DNA of 62,597 nucleotides, the filler included, from Chiloscyllium plagiosum (taxonomy: Eukaryota), in NCBI RefSeq assembly GCF_004010195.1. It is 3 parts of one record of this genome, joined end to end, with 100 filler letters (N's around TTAATTAATTAA, not from the genome) between each part and the next. Parts side by side here need not be neighbours in the genome. Positions count along the whole stretch, not along the records: positions 1 to 17,025 come from NC_057710.1; positions 17,126 to 35,001 come from NC_057710.1; 1 more part is not named here. The stretch is one strand, 5' to 3'. Within the stretch, counting starts at the first letter, position 1. Each line of letters begins with the position of its first letter. The notes beneath the pieces are model-generated. The model saw nothing but the letters and a program-made list of their open reading frames with translations. It was not told the origin of the DNA and ran no database searches. The translations under genes and the position numbers were made by a program. Of the stretch, positions 12,507 through 24,157 are shown in pieces.

Positions 12507-14793
12507 AGGCAGCATCCGTAGAGCAGGAGAATCGATGTTTCGGGCATAAGCCCTTCTTCAGGAATGGGGCTGGTGTGCCAAGTGGGCTGAGATAAAGGGT
12601 AGGGGGGAGGGAATTTGGGGGAGGGGTGCTGGGAATACAATAGGTGGAAGGAGGTGAGGGTGAGAGTGATAGGGCGGAGAGGTCAGGANNNNNNNNNNNN
12701 NNNNNNNNNNNNNNNNNNNNNNNNNNNNNNNNNNNNNNNNNNNNNNNNNNNNNNNNNNNNNNNNNNNNNNNNNNNNNNNNNNNNNNNNNNNNNNNNNNNN
12801 NNNNNNNNNNNNNNNNNNNNNNNNNNNNNNNNNNNNNNNNNNNNNNNNNNNNNNNNNNNNNNNNNNNNNNNNNNNNNNNNNNNNNNNNNNNCGGAGGATA
12901 ATACGATGTATCTGGAGGTTGGTGGGGTGGGAGGTGAGGACCAGTGGGGTTCTGTCCTGGTGGCGATTGGAGGGGCGGGGTTCAAGGGCGGAGGAGCGGG
13001 AAGTGGAGGAGATGCAGTGGAGAGCATCGTCAACCACGTCAGACGGGTAATTGCGGTCTTTGAAGAAGGAGGCCATCTGGGTTGTTCAGTATTGGAACTG
13101 GTCCTCCTGGGAGCAGATGCGGCGGAGGCGAAGGAATTGGGAATATGGGATGGCGTTTTTACTGGGGGCAGGGTGGGAGGAGGTGTAGTCTAGGTAGCTG
13201 TGGGAGTCGGTTGGTTTGTTGTAAATGTCTGTGTTGAGTCGGTCGCCCGAGATAGAAATGGAGAGGTCTAGGAAGGGGAGGGAGGAGTCTGAGATGGTCC
13301 AAGTAAATTTGAGGTCGGGGTGGAAGGTGTTAGTAAAGTGGATGAACTGTTCAACCTCCTCGTGGGAACACGAGATAGCGTTAATGCAATTATCGATGTA
13401 GGGGAGGAAAAGGTGAGGGGTGATGCCAGTGTAGCAGTGGAAGATGGACTGTTCCACATATCCTACGAAGAGGCAGGCATAGCTGGGGCCCATGTGGGTG
13501 CCCGTGGCTACTCCTTTGGTTTGGAGGAAGTGGGTGGATTGGAAAGAGAAGTTGTTCAGAGTGAGGACCAATTCAGTCAGTCGAAGGAGGGTGTCAGTGG
13601 AAGGGTACTGGTTGGGTCGGCGGGAGAGGAAGAAGCGGAGGGCTTGCAGGCCTTCGTAATGGGGGATGGAAGTGTATGAGGACTGGATGTCCATGGTAAA
13701 GATAAGGCGTTGGGGACCAGGGAAGCGAAAATCATGGAGGAGGTGGAGGGCGTGGGTGGTGTCCCGAACGTAGGTTGGGAGTTCTTGGACTAAGGGGGAC
13801 AAGACAGTGTTGAGGTATGCAGAGATGAGTTCGGTGGGGCAGGAGCAGGCTGAGACGATGGGTCAGCCGGGGCAGTCAGGTTTGTGGATTTTGGGCAGGA
13901 GGTAGAAACTGGCGGTGCGGGGTTGTGGGACTATGAGGTTGGAGGCGGTGGATGGGAGATCCCCNNNNNNNNNNNNNNNNNNNNNNNNNNNNNNNNNNNN
14001 NNNNNNNNNNNNNNNNNNNNNNNNNNNNNNNNNNNNNNNNNNNNNNNNNNNNNNNNNNNNNNNNNNNNNNNNNNNNNNNNNNNNNNNNNNNNNNNNNNNN
14101 NNNNNNNNNNNNNNNNNNNNNNNNNNNNNNNNNNNNNNNNNNNNNNNNNNNNNNNNNNNNNNNNNNNNNNNNNNNNNNNNNNNNNNNNNNNNNNNNNNNN
14201 NNNNNNNNNNNNNNNNNNNNNNNNNNNNNNNNNNNNNNNNNNNNNNNNNNNNNNNNNNNNNNNNNNNNNNNNNNNNNNNNNNNNNNNNNNNNNNNNNNNN
14301 NNNNNNNNNNNNNNNNNNNNNNNNNNNNNNNNNNNNNNNNNNNNNNNNNNNNNNNNNNNNNNNNNNNNNNNNNNNNNNNNNNNNNNNNNNNNNNNNNNNN
14401 NNNNNNNNNNNNNNNNNNNNNNNNNNNNNNNNNNNNNNNNNNNNNNNNNNNNNNNNNNNNNNNNNNNNNNNNNNNNNNNNNNNNNNNNNNNNNNNNNNNN
14501 NNNNNNNNNNNNNNNNNNNNNNNNNNNNNNNNNNNNNNNNNNNNNNNNNNNNNNNNNNNNNNNNNNNNNCTCCCTTCCTTCCACCTATCATATTCCCAGC
14601 CCCCTCCCCCAAATTCCCTCCCCCCTACCCTTTATCTCAGCCCCCTTGGCACACCAGCCTCATTCCTGAAGAAGGGCTTATACCCGAAACGTCGTTTCTC
14701 CTGCTCCTCGGATGTTGCCTGGCCTGCTGTGTTTTTCCAGCACCACATTTTTCAACTCTGGTCTCCAGCATCTGCAGTCCTCACTTTCTCCTA
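12507..14793 (-). mobile_element. Penelope-like retrotransposon (family A) with inverted pLTR ends
   Basis: 11-bp TSD GGTAGCTAGCC (12496-12506 / 14794-14804); pLTR on - at the left end and on + at the right end; PLE RT in between; two N gaps. Confidence 0.92.
12893..13964 (-). pseudogene. PLE reverse transcriptase and thumb fragment, disrupted
   Basis: FYLLPKIHK, FTMDIQSSYTSIPH, QTKGVATGTHMGPSYACLFVG, LPYIDN (degenerate RYIDD), LPFLD, YNKPTDSHSYLDYTSSHP, LRLRRICS. Confidence 0.9.
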
Positions 14794-15169
14794 GGTAGCT
14801 AGCCCACCACCTTCCCTGTCCATCCTGAAGCTTATCCCATAATACAGTCACAGGTGGTGAAATTGGCAGCATGTTCACTGTGTGTAAATAAACTCCATTA
14901 AACCTTTAATTAGTTATTAAAAGCTGAAATTGACATGATGATGGGAGCAGGTAACATATTTTTGTGACATGTGGGATGGAAGCCTGGTATCTATAGGGTG
15001 TCTGCATTGTCTGCTGGGACACCCTCTCAGAAATAGTACTCCACTATTCTTGCCGTCTGCCCTAAGAAGCCCAGACTCCCATCCATTGTGATCTAATCTG
15101 TGATAGAGTACAGACAGCAGGAAATAGAATTTATTCTGTTACCGTTCATTCTGTTAAAAATGCACATAA

Positions 15170-15728
15170 CATTAGTGAGGCTACAGTTAGAATACTGTGC
15201 CATTCTGGTCACCACACTATGGGAAGGATGCGCTGGCACTTGAGAGGATACAAAAAACATTCATCAGAATTTTTCCTCGACTGTAGCAATTCAGCTATGA
15301 GGAGAGAATAGATAGGTTGGGGAAGTTTTCCTTAGAGCAGAAAAACTGCTGAAAAGGGACTTGATTGATGTATACAAAGTTCTTAGAGAGAGAGAAAAAC
15401 AGGGTTGATGAGGTGAAACATTTCCCCTTATTGGAGGGATCAGTAACAAGGGGGCATAGTTTTAAGGTCAGGAGCCAGAGGTTTAGAAGGGGTATGAGGA
15501 AACTCTTTTTCTTTTACCCAGAGGGTTGTGTATATCTGGAACTTACTGCCTGAAAGGGTGGTAGAAGTGGGCACCCTCAAGACATTTTAAGATATATTTA
15601 GATGAGCACTTTGAATTGTCACAGTAGGTACGGCTGCAGGCCATATGCTGAAAAATGGGAATGGAGTATATACTGGCATGGGTATGATGGGCCAAAGGGC
15701 CTCATCCTGTGCTGTAAAAACTCTGACT
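15170..15728 (+). mobile_element. CR1 3' fragment
   Basis: gaatactgtg..attctggtcaccacactat (EYC...WSPHY) and TRGHSFKVRSQRFR. Confidence 0.85.
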
Positions 15729-16215
15729 TTAAAATGAGGAGCAGGACTATTCATAAAGAATTCTAATACATTTCCTGTTCTGGCTAAAGCTAAGTTTGCT
15801 ATAACTGCAATATTGTACTTCTCTATACTTCATAGTTTTAATTTCTTTCAAGCTGTTGAATACTTCTTCAGTTTATGAACGTACTACTCCATCTTAACCA
15901 CATGTTTGTCAGTGTTTAACATGCATCCTTCTGATTTATTTTTCTGTGTGACTTCACTATTTTCTCTTGGTTTTTCTAATTCCACCACTCCAACTTTTTT
16001 TGTTCTCTCCTGCTTTTTTTTCTCTGCTCCCTGCCATAATAAACTGTAATAACATTAGTTTCTCTTCCATTGAGGAAGTTAGGTCCTCTTGTTTGGGTGC
16101 AGTTCAAAGGTTGCGAATGGTTCACAACTTTTTCTGTTCAAAAATGTATGAATAAACTATCTCATAAAGCCCTGAAAAGATACCACAGAAATAACATTTG
16201 TTTTTTTTTTCACAG

Positions 16216-16396
16216 GTTGCCTGAATTGGACTCTGCTCTTAGTTTCCTGTCTGAAATCTTGCAGGATTTGACCAATGAGAAAGTAAGCATTGAAGAAGAG
16301 ATCCATGCTACATTCGATGAGCTCCAAAAGACTTTAAATGTACGAAAGAGTGTTCTGCTTATGGAACTGGAGGTCACATATGGTGTTAAACAAAAA
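16216..16396 (+). CDS. TRIM2: TRIM2 coding exon (coiled coil)
   Basis: ttttcacag|G acceptor and AAA|gtaaga donor; LPELDSALSFLSEILQDLTNEKVSIEEEIHATFDELQKTLNVRKSVLLMELEVTYGVKQK. Confidence 0.97.
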
Positions 16397-16850
16397 GTAA
16401 GAGAACCTTAATATTTACAGTATTAATGCTGAGCAACTTATTAAAGAATTTATAATTGTTTAAATAATTTGGTTACCTCATTGGGTTTTTCTCATTGTTG
16501 GAGTGGATTATACGAAGTTAAATGACTGTGGTAAGGTGAACATTGTCATAGTTGTCAGGTGGACTACGTTGAATTAGCATAATTTTAAAGGCTAGATCAC
16601 AGAGTAAAAGCAACATGCTTTCAGCAGCACTAGGATTGTTGCTAGGCAGAAAATCTAGCAAGCACAAAAGTAGAAGACGTACCCTAATTAAAATGCGACA
16701 GGTAATTGTATGTTTAGTTTTTCAAAATTGAAAATCCTTAATTTTGATTTGTAACCACTTGCTAAGTTTGTCAAACTCTCTCAGTCTTCTTTTCCCTCCT
16801 CTCCCCCTTCCTAAGTTGCATCAGCCTTGGTGGTCTGTGGTTTCTAAAGC

Positions 16851-17419
16851 CTGGATTAGAGTGATGCTGGAAAAGCACAACGGTTCAGGCAGCATCCGAG
16901 GAGCAGGAAAATCAAAGTTTCGGGCAAAAGCCCTTCATCAGGAATAGAGGCAGGGTGCCTGCAGAGTGGAGAGATAAATGAGAGGGGGGTGGGGGTGGGG
17001 AGAAAGTAGCATAAGGACAATAGGTNNNNNNNNNNNNNNNNNNNNNNNNNNNNNNNNNNNNNNNNNNNNTTAATTAATTAANNNNNNNNNNNNNNNNNNN
17101 NNNNNNNNNNNNNNNNNNNNNNNNNCACTCCCATCCACCCATTGTACTCTTTGCTACCTTCCCCCACCCTCCTCCCTGACCTATCACCTCCATCCCCACT
17201 CCCATTCATCTATTGTACTCTATGTTACTTTATCCCCACCCCCACCCTCTCTCATTTATCTCTCCACTCTGCAGGCACCCTGCCTCTATTCCTGATGAAG
17301 GGTGTTTACCCAAAGCATTGATTTTCCTGCTCCTTGGGTGTTGCCTGACCTGCTGTGCTTTTCCAGCACCACTCTAATCTAGACTCTGGTTTCCAGCATC
17401 TGCAGTCCTTGTTTTTACC
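16851..17419. mobile_element. PLE family A insertion with inverted pLTR arms; centre lies in an assembly gap
   Basis: 16-bp TSD CTGTGGTTTCTAAAGC (16835-16850 / 17420-17435); the arms are reverse complements and both hammerheads are degenerate. Confidence 0.9.
17026..17125. other. Artificial scaffold gap with linker
   Basis: 44 N + TTAATTAATTAA + 44 N = 100 nt, identical in layout to 35002-35101. Confidence 0.95.
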
Positions 17420-17514
17420 CTGTGGTTTCTAAAGCATCAAACTTGAGTTCTGCTCATGACCCTACCAAGTGAATAACAACAGGCTTTACAGAGAATCACA
17501 ACTGAGCTTAAACT

Positions 17515-17708
17515 TAAAAATTACACAACACCAGGTTATAGTCCAACAGGTTTAATTGGAGGCACACTAGCTTTCGGAGCGATGCTCCTTCATCAGGTGG
17601 TAGTCGCTCCAAAAGCTAGTGTGCTTCCAATTAAACCTGTTGGACTATAACCTGGTGTTGTGTGATTTTTAACTTTGTACACCCCAGTCCAACACCGGCA
17701 TCTTCACA
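17515..17708. mobile_element. PLE family B palindromic mini-insertion
   Basis: 12-bp TSD TGAGCTTAAACT (17503-17514 / 17709-17720); ~68-bp inverted arms around the hammerhead. Confidence 0.9.
17565..17599 (-). ncRNA. Minimal type I hammerhead ribozyme motif (family B, intact)
   Basis: - strand CAC-CTGATGA-A-GGAGC ATC GCTCC-GAAA-GC-TA-GTG: helix I CAC/GTG, 5-bp helix II, palindromic AGCT helix III. Confidence 0.8.
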
Positions 17709-19099
17709 TGAGCTTAAACTAGTTCTTGTCCAAGGTGTGCATCTCCAGCAAAGACTGGCTAGCTTCCCAAAATCAGAACTGACACAGTGCCATCAAACTT
17801 GCTGAGATCAGCAAACTTGGTAGATTGGGAATTAAATCTGACGCAGATGTTTGCTGGAGCTCAGAATTTTTAACTTCAGCATTCATTGGAAGCAAGAGTT
17901 GACTTATTTTGGAAAAGACAACTTTTCTGTTGCAGGCTAAACAAAAATCAAATTCAATTTCATTTGATTAGTTTCCACACAAAAAGGAGATGCATCAGTA
18001 TGAAAAAATGTATTCAAGGAAGATGAGGTTCCTCACCTTAATTAAAAACTCTGAGAGCTAAAAAGAAATTGAATGTCAATTTAAATGATTTGTGAGGCAC
18101 CGTTTTACTGTTATGCCAATATTTTAACCCTCTTGCCTCATCCAAGGTCATACGTTCTAGCCTAATATTCACTATAGTTTGAATTGCAAATACTTTAACT
18201 GAACTGTGTACTTCATATAACCAAATGAAATCAAAAAACACTATACAGACTGCTTGGATTGGAACTAATATCAACAGAGTCAGGCAGTGAACTATGAGCT
18301 ATGCCAATCAAAGTTGCTTTCTTGTATGACTAATTTACTTCCCTGCCATCAATTTTGCACTTGAGGAAAACATGTGATGTTATAATAACTTGAGAGCTGG
18401 TGCTGTAATCTATTTTATGATCTTTTTAAAAGGAAAAGGATTGACCTATTGATCTTTTACCATCAATCCAATAATTTATACTCACTGATCAACAATTTAA
18501 TCACTCAATCTGAATCATTAGTGCTTTCTCACAAACCGATTCAATGCGCACTGAGAGGCAATCCCTTTCAGCCAAGGCTCGGTTTGTTTATCTGGCCTTG
18601 ATGGGCCAATCCCAATGAACGTTCAGTTGTCTTGGGCTTTTCTAGGCCACTGAGATCTGTTGAAAGAAGTGACACATTGCAGTTTTGCTTTAATTCAGGG
18701 CAAGCAAGCAAACTCTCTGCAAGCCCTAAACTTTCCACTTCAGACCCTCCCATCACAGACTGACCAACCGACTGGGGAATTCTCTGTTTCCTCCTCTCCC
18801 ACAGCCCTTGGCTGAGTAGTTGAGTGATCTCTCGTCTCTGAAGCTCGAGCTTTGAGGACTGTGGGACTTTGTCCTCTACCTTGTTTACCACCTTTCTCCC
18901 GGGCGCTGCTGTCCCCTTGACCCACCTACTCCTGTGCCCCACTCCAAATCACTGTTCCTCTGATGACAGATTCCCTCTGTCCTGCAGTCAGTGCTCCCCC
19001 AGTCATACCCCTTCACTCTTCAGCTTGCTTTATTTCAATCACTGCTGCATTTTTTCCCATTCTCTGTCTAGTTAATCATGTTTAATCTTCATCCCAAGT

Positions 19100-19448
19100 G
19101 GGCGGCACGGTGGCACAATAGTTAGTACTGCTGCCTCACAGCGCCAGAGACCCGGGTTCAATTCCCGCCTCAGGCAACTGTCTATATGGAGTTTGCACAT
19201 TCTCCCCGTGTCTGCGTGGGTTTCCTCCGGGTGCTCCGGTTTCCTCCCACAGTCCAAAAAATGTGCAGGTTAGATGAATTGGCCATGTTAGGTGATGGGG
19301 TAAATATAGGGGAATAGGTATGGATGGGTTGCTCTTCGAATGGGGTAAATATAGGGGAATAGGTATGGATGGGTTGCTCTTCGAGGGTCGGTGTGGACTT
19401 GTTGGGCCGAAGGGCCTGTTTCCGCACTGTAAGTAATCTAATCTAATC
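19100..19448 (+). mobile_element. HE1-like V-SINE with an internal 45-bp tandem duplication (19295-19384)
   Basis: A box tggcacaatagtt, B box ggttcaattcc, V-domain, (AATCT)n tail. Confidence 0.93.
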
Positions 19449-19929
19449 TTCAATGAGCTCATGGTGTATAATACATTTCAGATTGCTGTATGACCACCCA
19501 CGTGCAAAGTGGGAAACGTTGCTGTGTTATAAAGAAAATCTTCATAGAATTCATTAACAAGAATTGAGCTCTGGCCTCTGATAGAATTATTTCACTTGGA
19601 TAGATCCAGTAACCTGTATCCTTCAACTGGTGACTCCACCAGAAAGTGGGAATCTTACCATTAAGAGTATGAATAACATATTCAAATTCCATACTACTAA
19701 TGACTCAGGCATCATAATTGAATAGGTTATAACTAGTTTGAGGCAGAAGTCAAGACTATACTTTCAAAAAGAATGAAGAATTTCTCCATTATTTATGATT
19801 TTGCCTTCATGGAAGATGGCCGCTTTTCATGAAATGTGTTAATGTGCTGATGCCCCAAACCCTTTAGTAGTTAGCAAACCCTGATTTATGTATAATCTTT
19901 TGAGTTATATTGCCTTGTCAGATCTCTTT

Positions 19930-20587
19930 AATAAGAGACAATCCAACAAGGCCCCTTGATTTTCAATGGTATTACCATCATCTCCCACTATCAACATCCT
20001 GGGGGTTACCATTGACCAGAAATTCAACTGGACTCACCATGTAAACACAGTAGCTACAAGAGCAGTTCATAGGCTCAAAATACTGTGGTGAATAACTCTC
20101 CTCCAGACTCCCTAAAGCCTGTCCATCATCTACAAGGCACAAGTCAGGAGTGTGATGGAATATCCCCATTTGCCTGGATGAGTGCAGTTTAAACTACACT
20201 CAAGAAACTTGATACCATCCAGGACAAAGCAGCCCACTTGACTGGTACCAATCCAGAAACATCCACTCCCTCCACCTCTGACGCACAGTAACAGCAGTGT
20301 GTACTATCTACAAGATGCAGGGCAAAAATTCACCAAAGATTCCTACAGAATACATTTCCAAACCCAGGACCACTTCCATCTAGAAAGACAAGGGCAGCAG
20401 ATAAATGGGAATACACCCACCTGCAAGTTCCCTCCGAGCCACTCATCATTCTGACTTGGAAATATATCGCCGTTCCTACATTGTTGCTGGGTCAAAATCC
20501 TGGAATTCGCTTCCTAAGGGCATTGTGGGTCTACCTATAGCACATGGATTGCAGCGGTTCAAGAAGGCAGCTCACCCCCACCTTCTT
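19930..20587 (+). mobile_element. L2/CR1-group LINE 3' part; resumes at 23745-23790 after a CR1 insertion
   Basis: Encodes TINILGVTIDQKFNWTHHVNTVATRA...IYKAQVRSVMEY...TLKKLDTIQDKAA; the 3' end caagggcaat...aataaagtgctggcc follows the inserted CR1. Confidence 0.8.
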
Positions 20588-23500
20588 GGGGGGGGTTTAA
20601 ACTAACTCTGCAGGGGCATGGGAACCCAGACTGTAGCTTTAGGGTGCAGGACCTGGAGTGTAGGGAGGTTAGGAACATGGCATCAATTTCAAAGGAGGGT
20701 GCCTGTAAACAGGAAAGTGGCTTGAAGTGTGTATACTTCAATGCAAGAAGTATACGAAATAAGGTAGGTGAACTTGCAGCGTGGGTTGGTACCTGGGACT
20801 TCGATGTTGTGGCTATTACGGAGACATGGCTAGAACAGGGACAGGATTGCCTGTTGCAGGTTCCAGGGTTTAAATGTTTTAGTAGGGGCAGAGGGGGGGG
20901 TAAAAGAGGGGGAGGTGTGGCATTGCTTGTCAAAGATAGTATTACAGTGGTGGAAAGGACGATGGATGAGGACTTGCCATCCGAGGTAGTTTGGGCTGAG
21001 GTTAGGAATAGGAAAGGTGAGGTCACCCTGTTAGGAGTCTTTTACAGGCCTCCTAATAGTCCTAGAATCATTGAAGAAAGGATAGGGAAGGTGATTCAGG
21101 AGATGAGTGACAGTAATAGGGTGGTTGTTATGGGGGACTTTAACTTTCCTGATATTGATTGGGAAAGCTATAGCTCAAGTTCGTTAGATGGGTCAGTGTT
21201 TGTTCAATGTGTGCAGGAGAGTTTCCTGACACAATATGTAGACAGGCCAACAAGAGGTGAGGCCATACTGGATTTGGTTCTGGGTAACGAACCAGGCCAG
21301 GTGTTAGAATTAGAGGTAGGTGAGAACTTTGGGGATAGTGACCATAATTCAGTGATTTTTACTCTCGTGATGGAGAGGGATAAGTGTATACTACAGGGCA
21401 AGAGTTATAGCTGGGGACAGGGAAATTATGATGCAGTGAGGCATGACTTAGGATGTGTGGCTTGGAAAAGTAGACTCCAAGGCAAGAGTGTAAATGATAT
21501 GTGGAACTTGTCCAAGGGGCAACTATTGAGTGTCCTTGATAATTATGTACCTGTCAGGCAAGGAGGAAAGGGTCGTGCGAGGGAGCCGTGGTTTAATAAG
21601 GAATTGGAATCCCTTGTTAAATGGAAGAGGGCGGCCTATCTCAAGATGAGACGTGAAGGTTCAATTGGGGCGATTGAGAGTTATAGGGTAGCCAGGAAGG
21701 ACCTGAAGAGAGAGCTAAAAGCAGCAAGGAGGGGACATGAAAGGTCCTTAGTAGATAGGATGAGGGAAAACCCTAAGGCTTTCTATAGGTATGTTAGGAA
21801 TAAAAGAATGACTAGGGTAGGAATAGGACCAGTCAAGGATAGTAGTGGGAAGTTGCGAGTGGAGGCGGAAGAGATTGGGGAGACACTGAATGAATACTAT
21901 CCTCCAGGATTCACTCAGGAACAGGGCATTGTTGTCGATGAGAATACTGAGGCACAAATAAGTAGAATGGATGGCTTTAAGGTATGTAGAGAAGAGGTGT
22001 TGGAAATCCTGGAAAAGGTGAAAATAGATAAGTCCCCTGGGCCTGATGGCATTTATCCTAGGATTCTCTGGGAAGCAAGGGAGGAGAATGCAGAGCCATT
22101 GGCCTTGATTTTTATGTCCTCTTTGTCTACAGGAGTAGTCCCAGAAGACTGGAGGATAGCAAATGTGGTTCCCTTGTTCAAAAAGGGGAGTAGGGATAGC
22201 CCTAGTAACTATAAGCCGGTGAGTCTCACTTCTGTTGTGGGCAAAGTCTTAGAGAGAATTGTAAGGGATAGGATTTATGCACATCTAGATAGGAATAATG
22301 TGATCAAGGATAGTCAGCATGGTTTTGTGAAGGGCAAGTCGTGCCTCACAAACCTTATTGAATTCTTTGAAAAGGTGACGAAGGAGGTTGATGAGGGCAA
22401 AGCGGTAGATGTGGTATATATGGATTTTAGTAAGGCGTCTGATAAGGTTCCCCATGGTAGGCTACTGCAGAAAATACGGAGATATGGCATTGAGGGTGAG
22501 TTGGAGGTTTGGATTAGGAATTGGCGGGATGGAAGAAGACAGAGGGTAGTAGTTGATGGCAAAGTTTCTTCATGGAGTGCCGTCACTAGCGGTGTTCCGC
22601 AAGGATCTGTTTTGGGACCATTGCTGTTTGTCATTTTTATAAATGACCTGGAAGAGGGATTAGAAGGTTGGGTGAGCAAGTTTGCGCATGATACGAAAGT
22701 CGGAGGAGTTGTTGACAGTGAGGAAGCATGTGGCAGGTTACAGCAGGATATAGAGAAGCTGCAGAGCTGGGCAGAAAGGTGGCAGATGGAATACAATGTA
22801 GCTAAGTGCGAGGTGATTCACTTTGGGAAGAATAACAAAAAGATGGGGTACGGGGCTAATGGACGGATACTTGGTAGAGTGGATGAGCAGAGGGANNNNN
22901 NNNNNNNNNNNNNNNNNNNNNNNNNNNNNNNNNNNNNNNNNNNNNNNNNNNNNNNNNNNNNNNNNNNNNNNNNNNNNNNNNNNNNNNNNNNNNNNNNNNN
23001 NNNNNNNNNNNNNNNNNNNNNNNNNNNNNNNNNNNNNNNNNNNNNNNNNNNNNNNNNNNNNNNNNNNNNNNNNNNNNNNNNNNNNNNNNNNNNNNNNNNN
23101 NNNNNNNNNNNNNNNNNNNNNNNNNNNNNNNNNNNNNNNNNNNNNNNNNNNNNNNNNNNNNNNNNNNNNNNNNNNNNNNNNNNNNNNNNNNNNNNNNNNN
23201 NNNNNNNNNNNNNNNNNNNNNNNNNNNNNNNNNNNNNNNNNNNNNNNNNNNNTATTGTGTGCAGTTTTGGTTGCCATACTATAGGAAGGATGTGGAGGCA
23301 CTGGAACGGGTTCAGAGGAGGTTTACCAGGATGTTGCTTGGTATGGTAGAAAGATCGTATGAGGAAAGGCTGAGGCGCTTGGGGTTGTTTTCATTGGAGA
23401 AAAGAAGGTTTAGGGGTGACTTGATAGAGGTGTACAAGATGATTAGGGGTTTAGTTAGGGTTGACCATGAGAACCTTTTTCCACATATGGAGTCAGCTAT

Positions 23501-23744
23501 TACAAGGCGGCATAGCTTTAAATTAAGGGGTGGTAGGTATAGGACAGATGTTAGGGGTAGGTTCTTTACTCAGCGAGTTGTGAGTTCATGGAATGCCCTG
23601 CCAGTAGCAGTGGTGGACTCTCCCTCATTATGGGCATTTAAATGGGCATTGGATAGGCATATGGAGGATAGTGGGCTAGGATCGGCGCAACATCTAGGGC
23701 CGAAGGGCCTGTACTGCGCTGTATTCTTCTATGTTCTATGTTCT
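20588..23744 (+). mobile_element. Young CR1 (HER1-like) LINE, 5'-truncated at the end of ORF1
   Basis: Starts with the ORF1 terminus (GLN*), carries a long APE-RT ORF2 and ends in (TTCTATG)n after gggccgaagggcctgt. Confidence 0.95.
20644..23680 (+). pseudogene. CR1 ORF2 (APE endonuclease + RT), open for ~750 codons up to an N gap; catalytic motif altered
   Basis: YFNARS, ITETWL, YRPP, MGDFN, DSDHN, KSPGPDG, GVPQGSVLGP; FADD reads FAHD at 22681-22692. Confidence 0.9.
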
Positions 23745-23970
23745 CAAGGGCAATCGGAGATGGGTAATAAAGTGCTGGCCCAAAGAAAATGAGTCTTCTT
23801 GTTGAATGGGTTGTACTTTAGGAGTTGGTGAACTGTTAGTTACATAGTTATCACGTAATACAGAATAATCTCTAGAGCTGCAGTGGCAGTTCATGGAGGC
23901 CAGACATTTTGCCTTGTCCCATGTTTGTGGGGTAACTGTCTGTCTGTCTGTCTGTCTGTCCCTCTCTCAC

Positions 23971-24070
23971 GCAGGCCCTTCCTGAAGAAGGGCCTGTGCC
24001 CGAAACGTCGAATCTCCTGTTCCCTGGATGCTGCCTGACCTGCTGTGCTGTTCCAGCAATAAAGTTTCAA
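23971..24070 (+). mobile_element. PLE family A mini-insertion
   Basis: 10-bp TSD CCTCTCTCAC (23961-23970 / 24071-24080); short inverted tip caggccctt. Confidence 0.88.
23979..24013 (+). ncRNA. Minimal type I hammerhead ribozyme motif (family A, intact, sense to TRIM2)
   Basis: TTC-CTGAAGA-A-GGGC CTGT GCCC-GAAA-CG-TC-GAA; helix I TTC/GAA. Confidence 0.75.
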
Positions 24071-24157
24071 CCTCTCTCACACATGTTTAATACATTCGTT
24101 GCTGGTATAACATTCTGAAGCAAAGGTACATATCACTATTTAAAATTTTTGTTGCAG

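Noticed and set aside
13863..14802. Long ORFs crossing N runs (also 12558-13193, 22738-23349, 45025-45921)
   Set aside because: Their length is produced by untranslatable Ns
17070..17081. TTAATTAATTAA islands here and at 35046-35057
   Set aside because: Centred in identical 100-nt N blocks; an artificial six-frame-stop linker, not biological sequence
19100..19180. tRNA-like A/B boxes here and in the other SINE heads
   Set aside because: They continue into the V-SINE body and LINE-derived tail, so they are SINE promoters rather than tRNA genes
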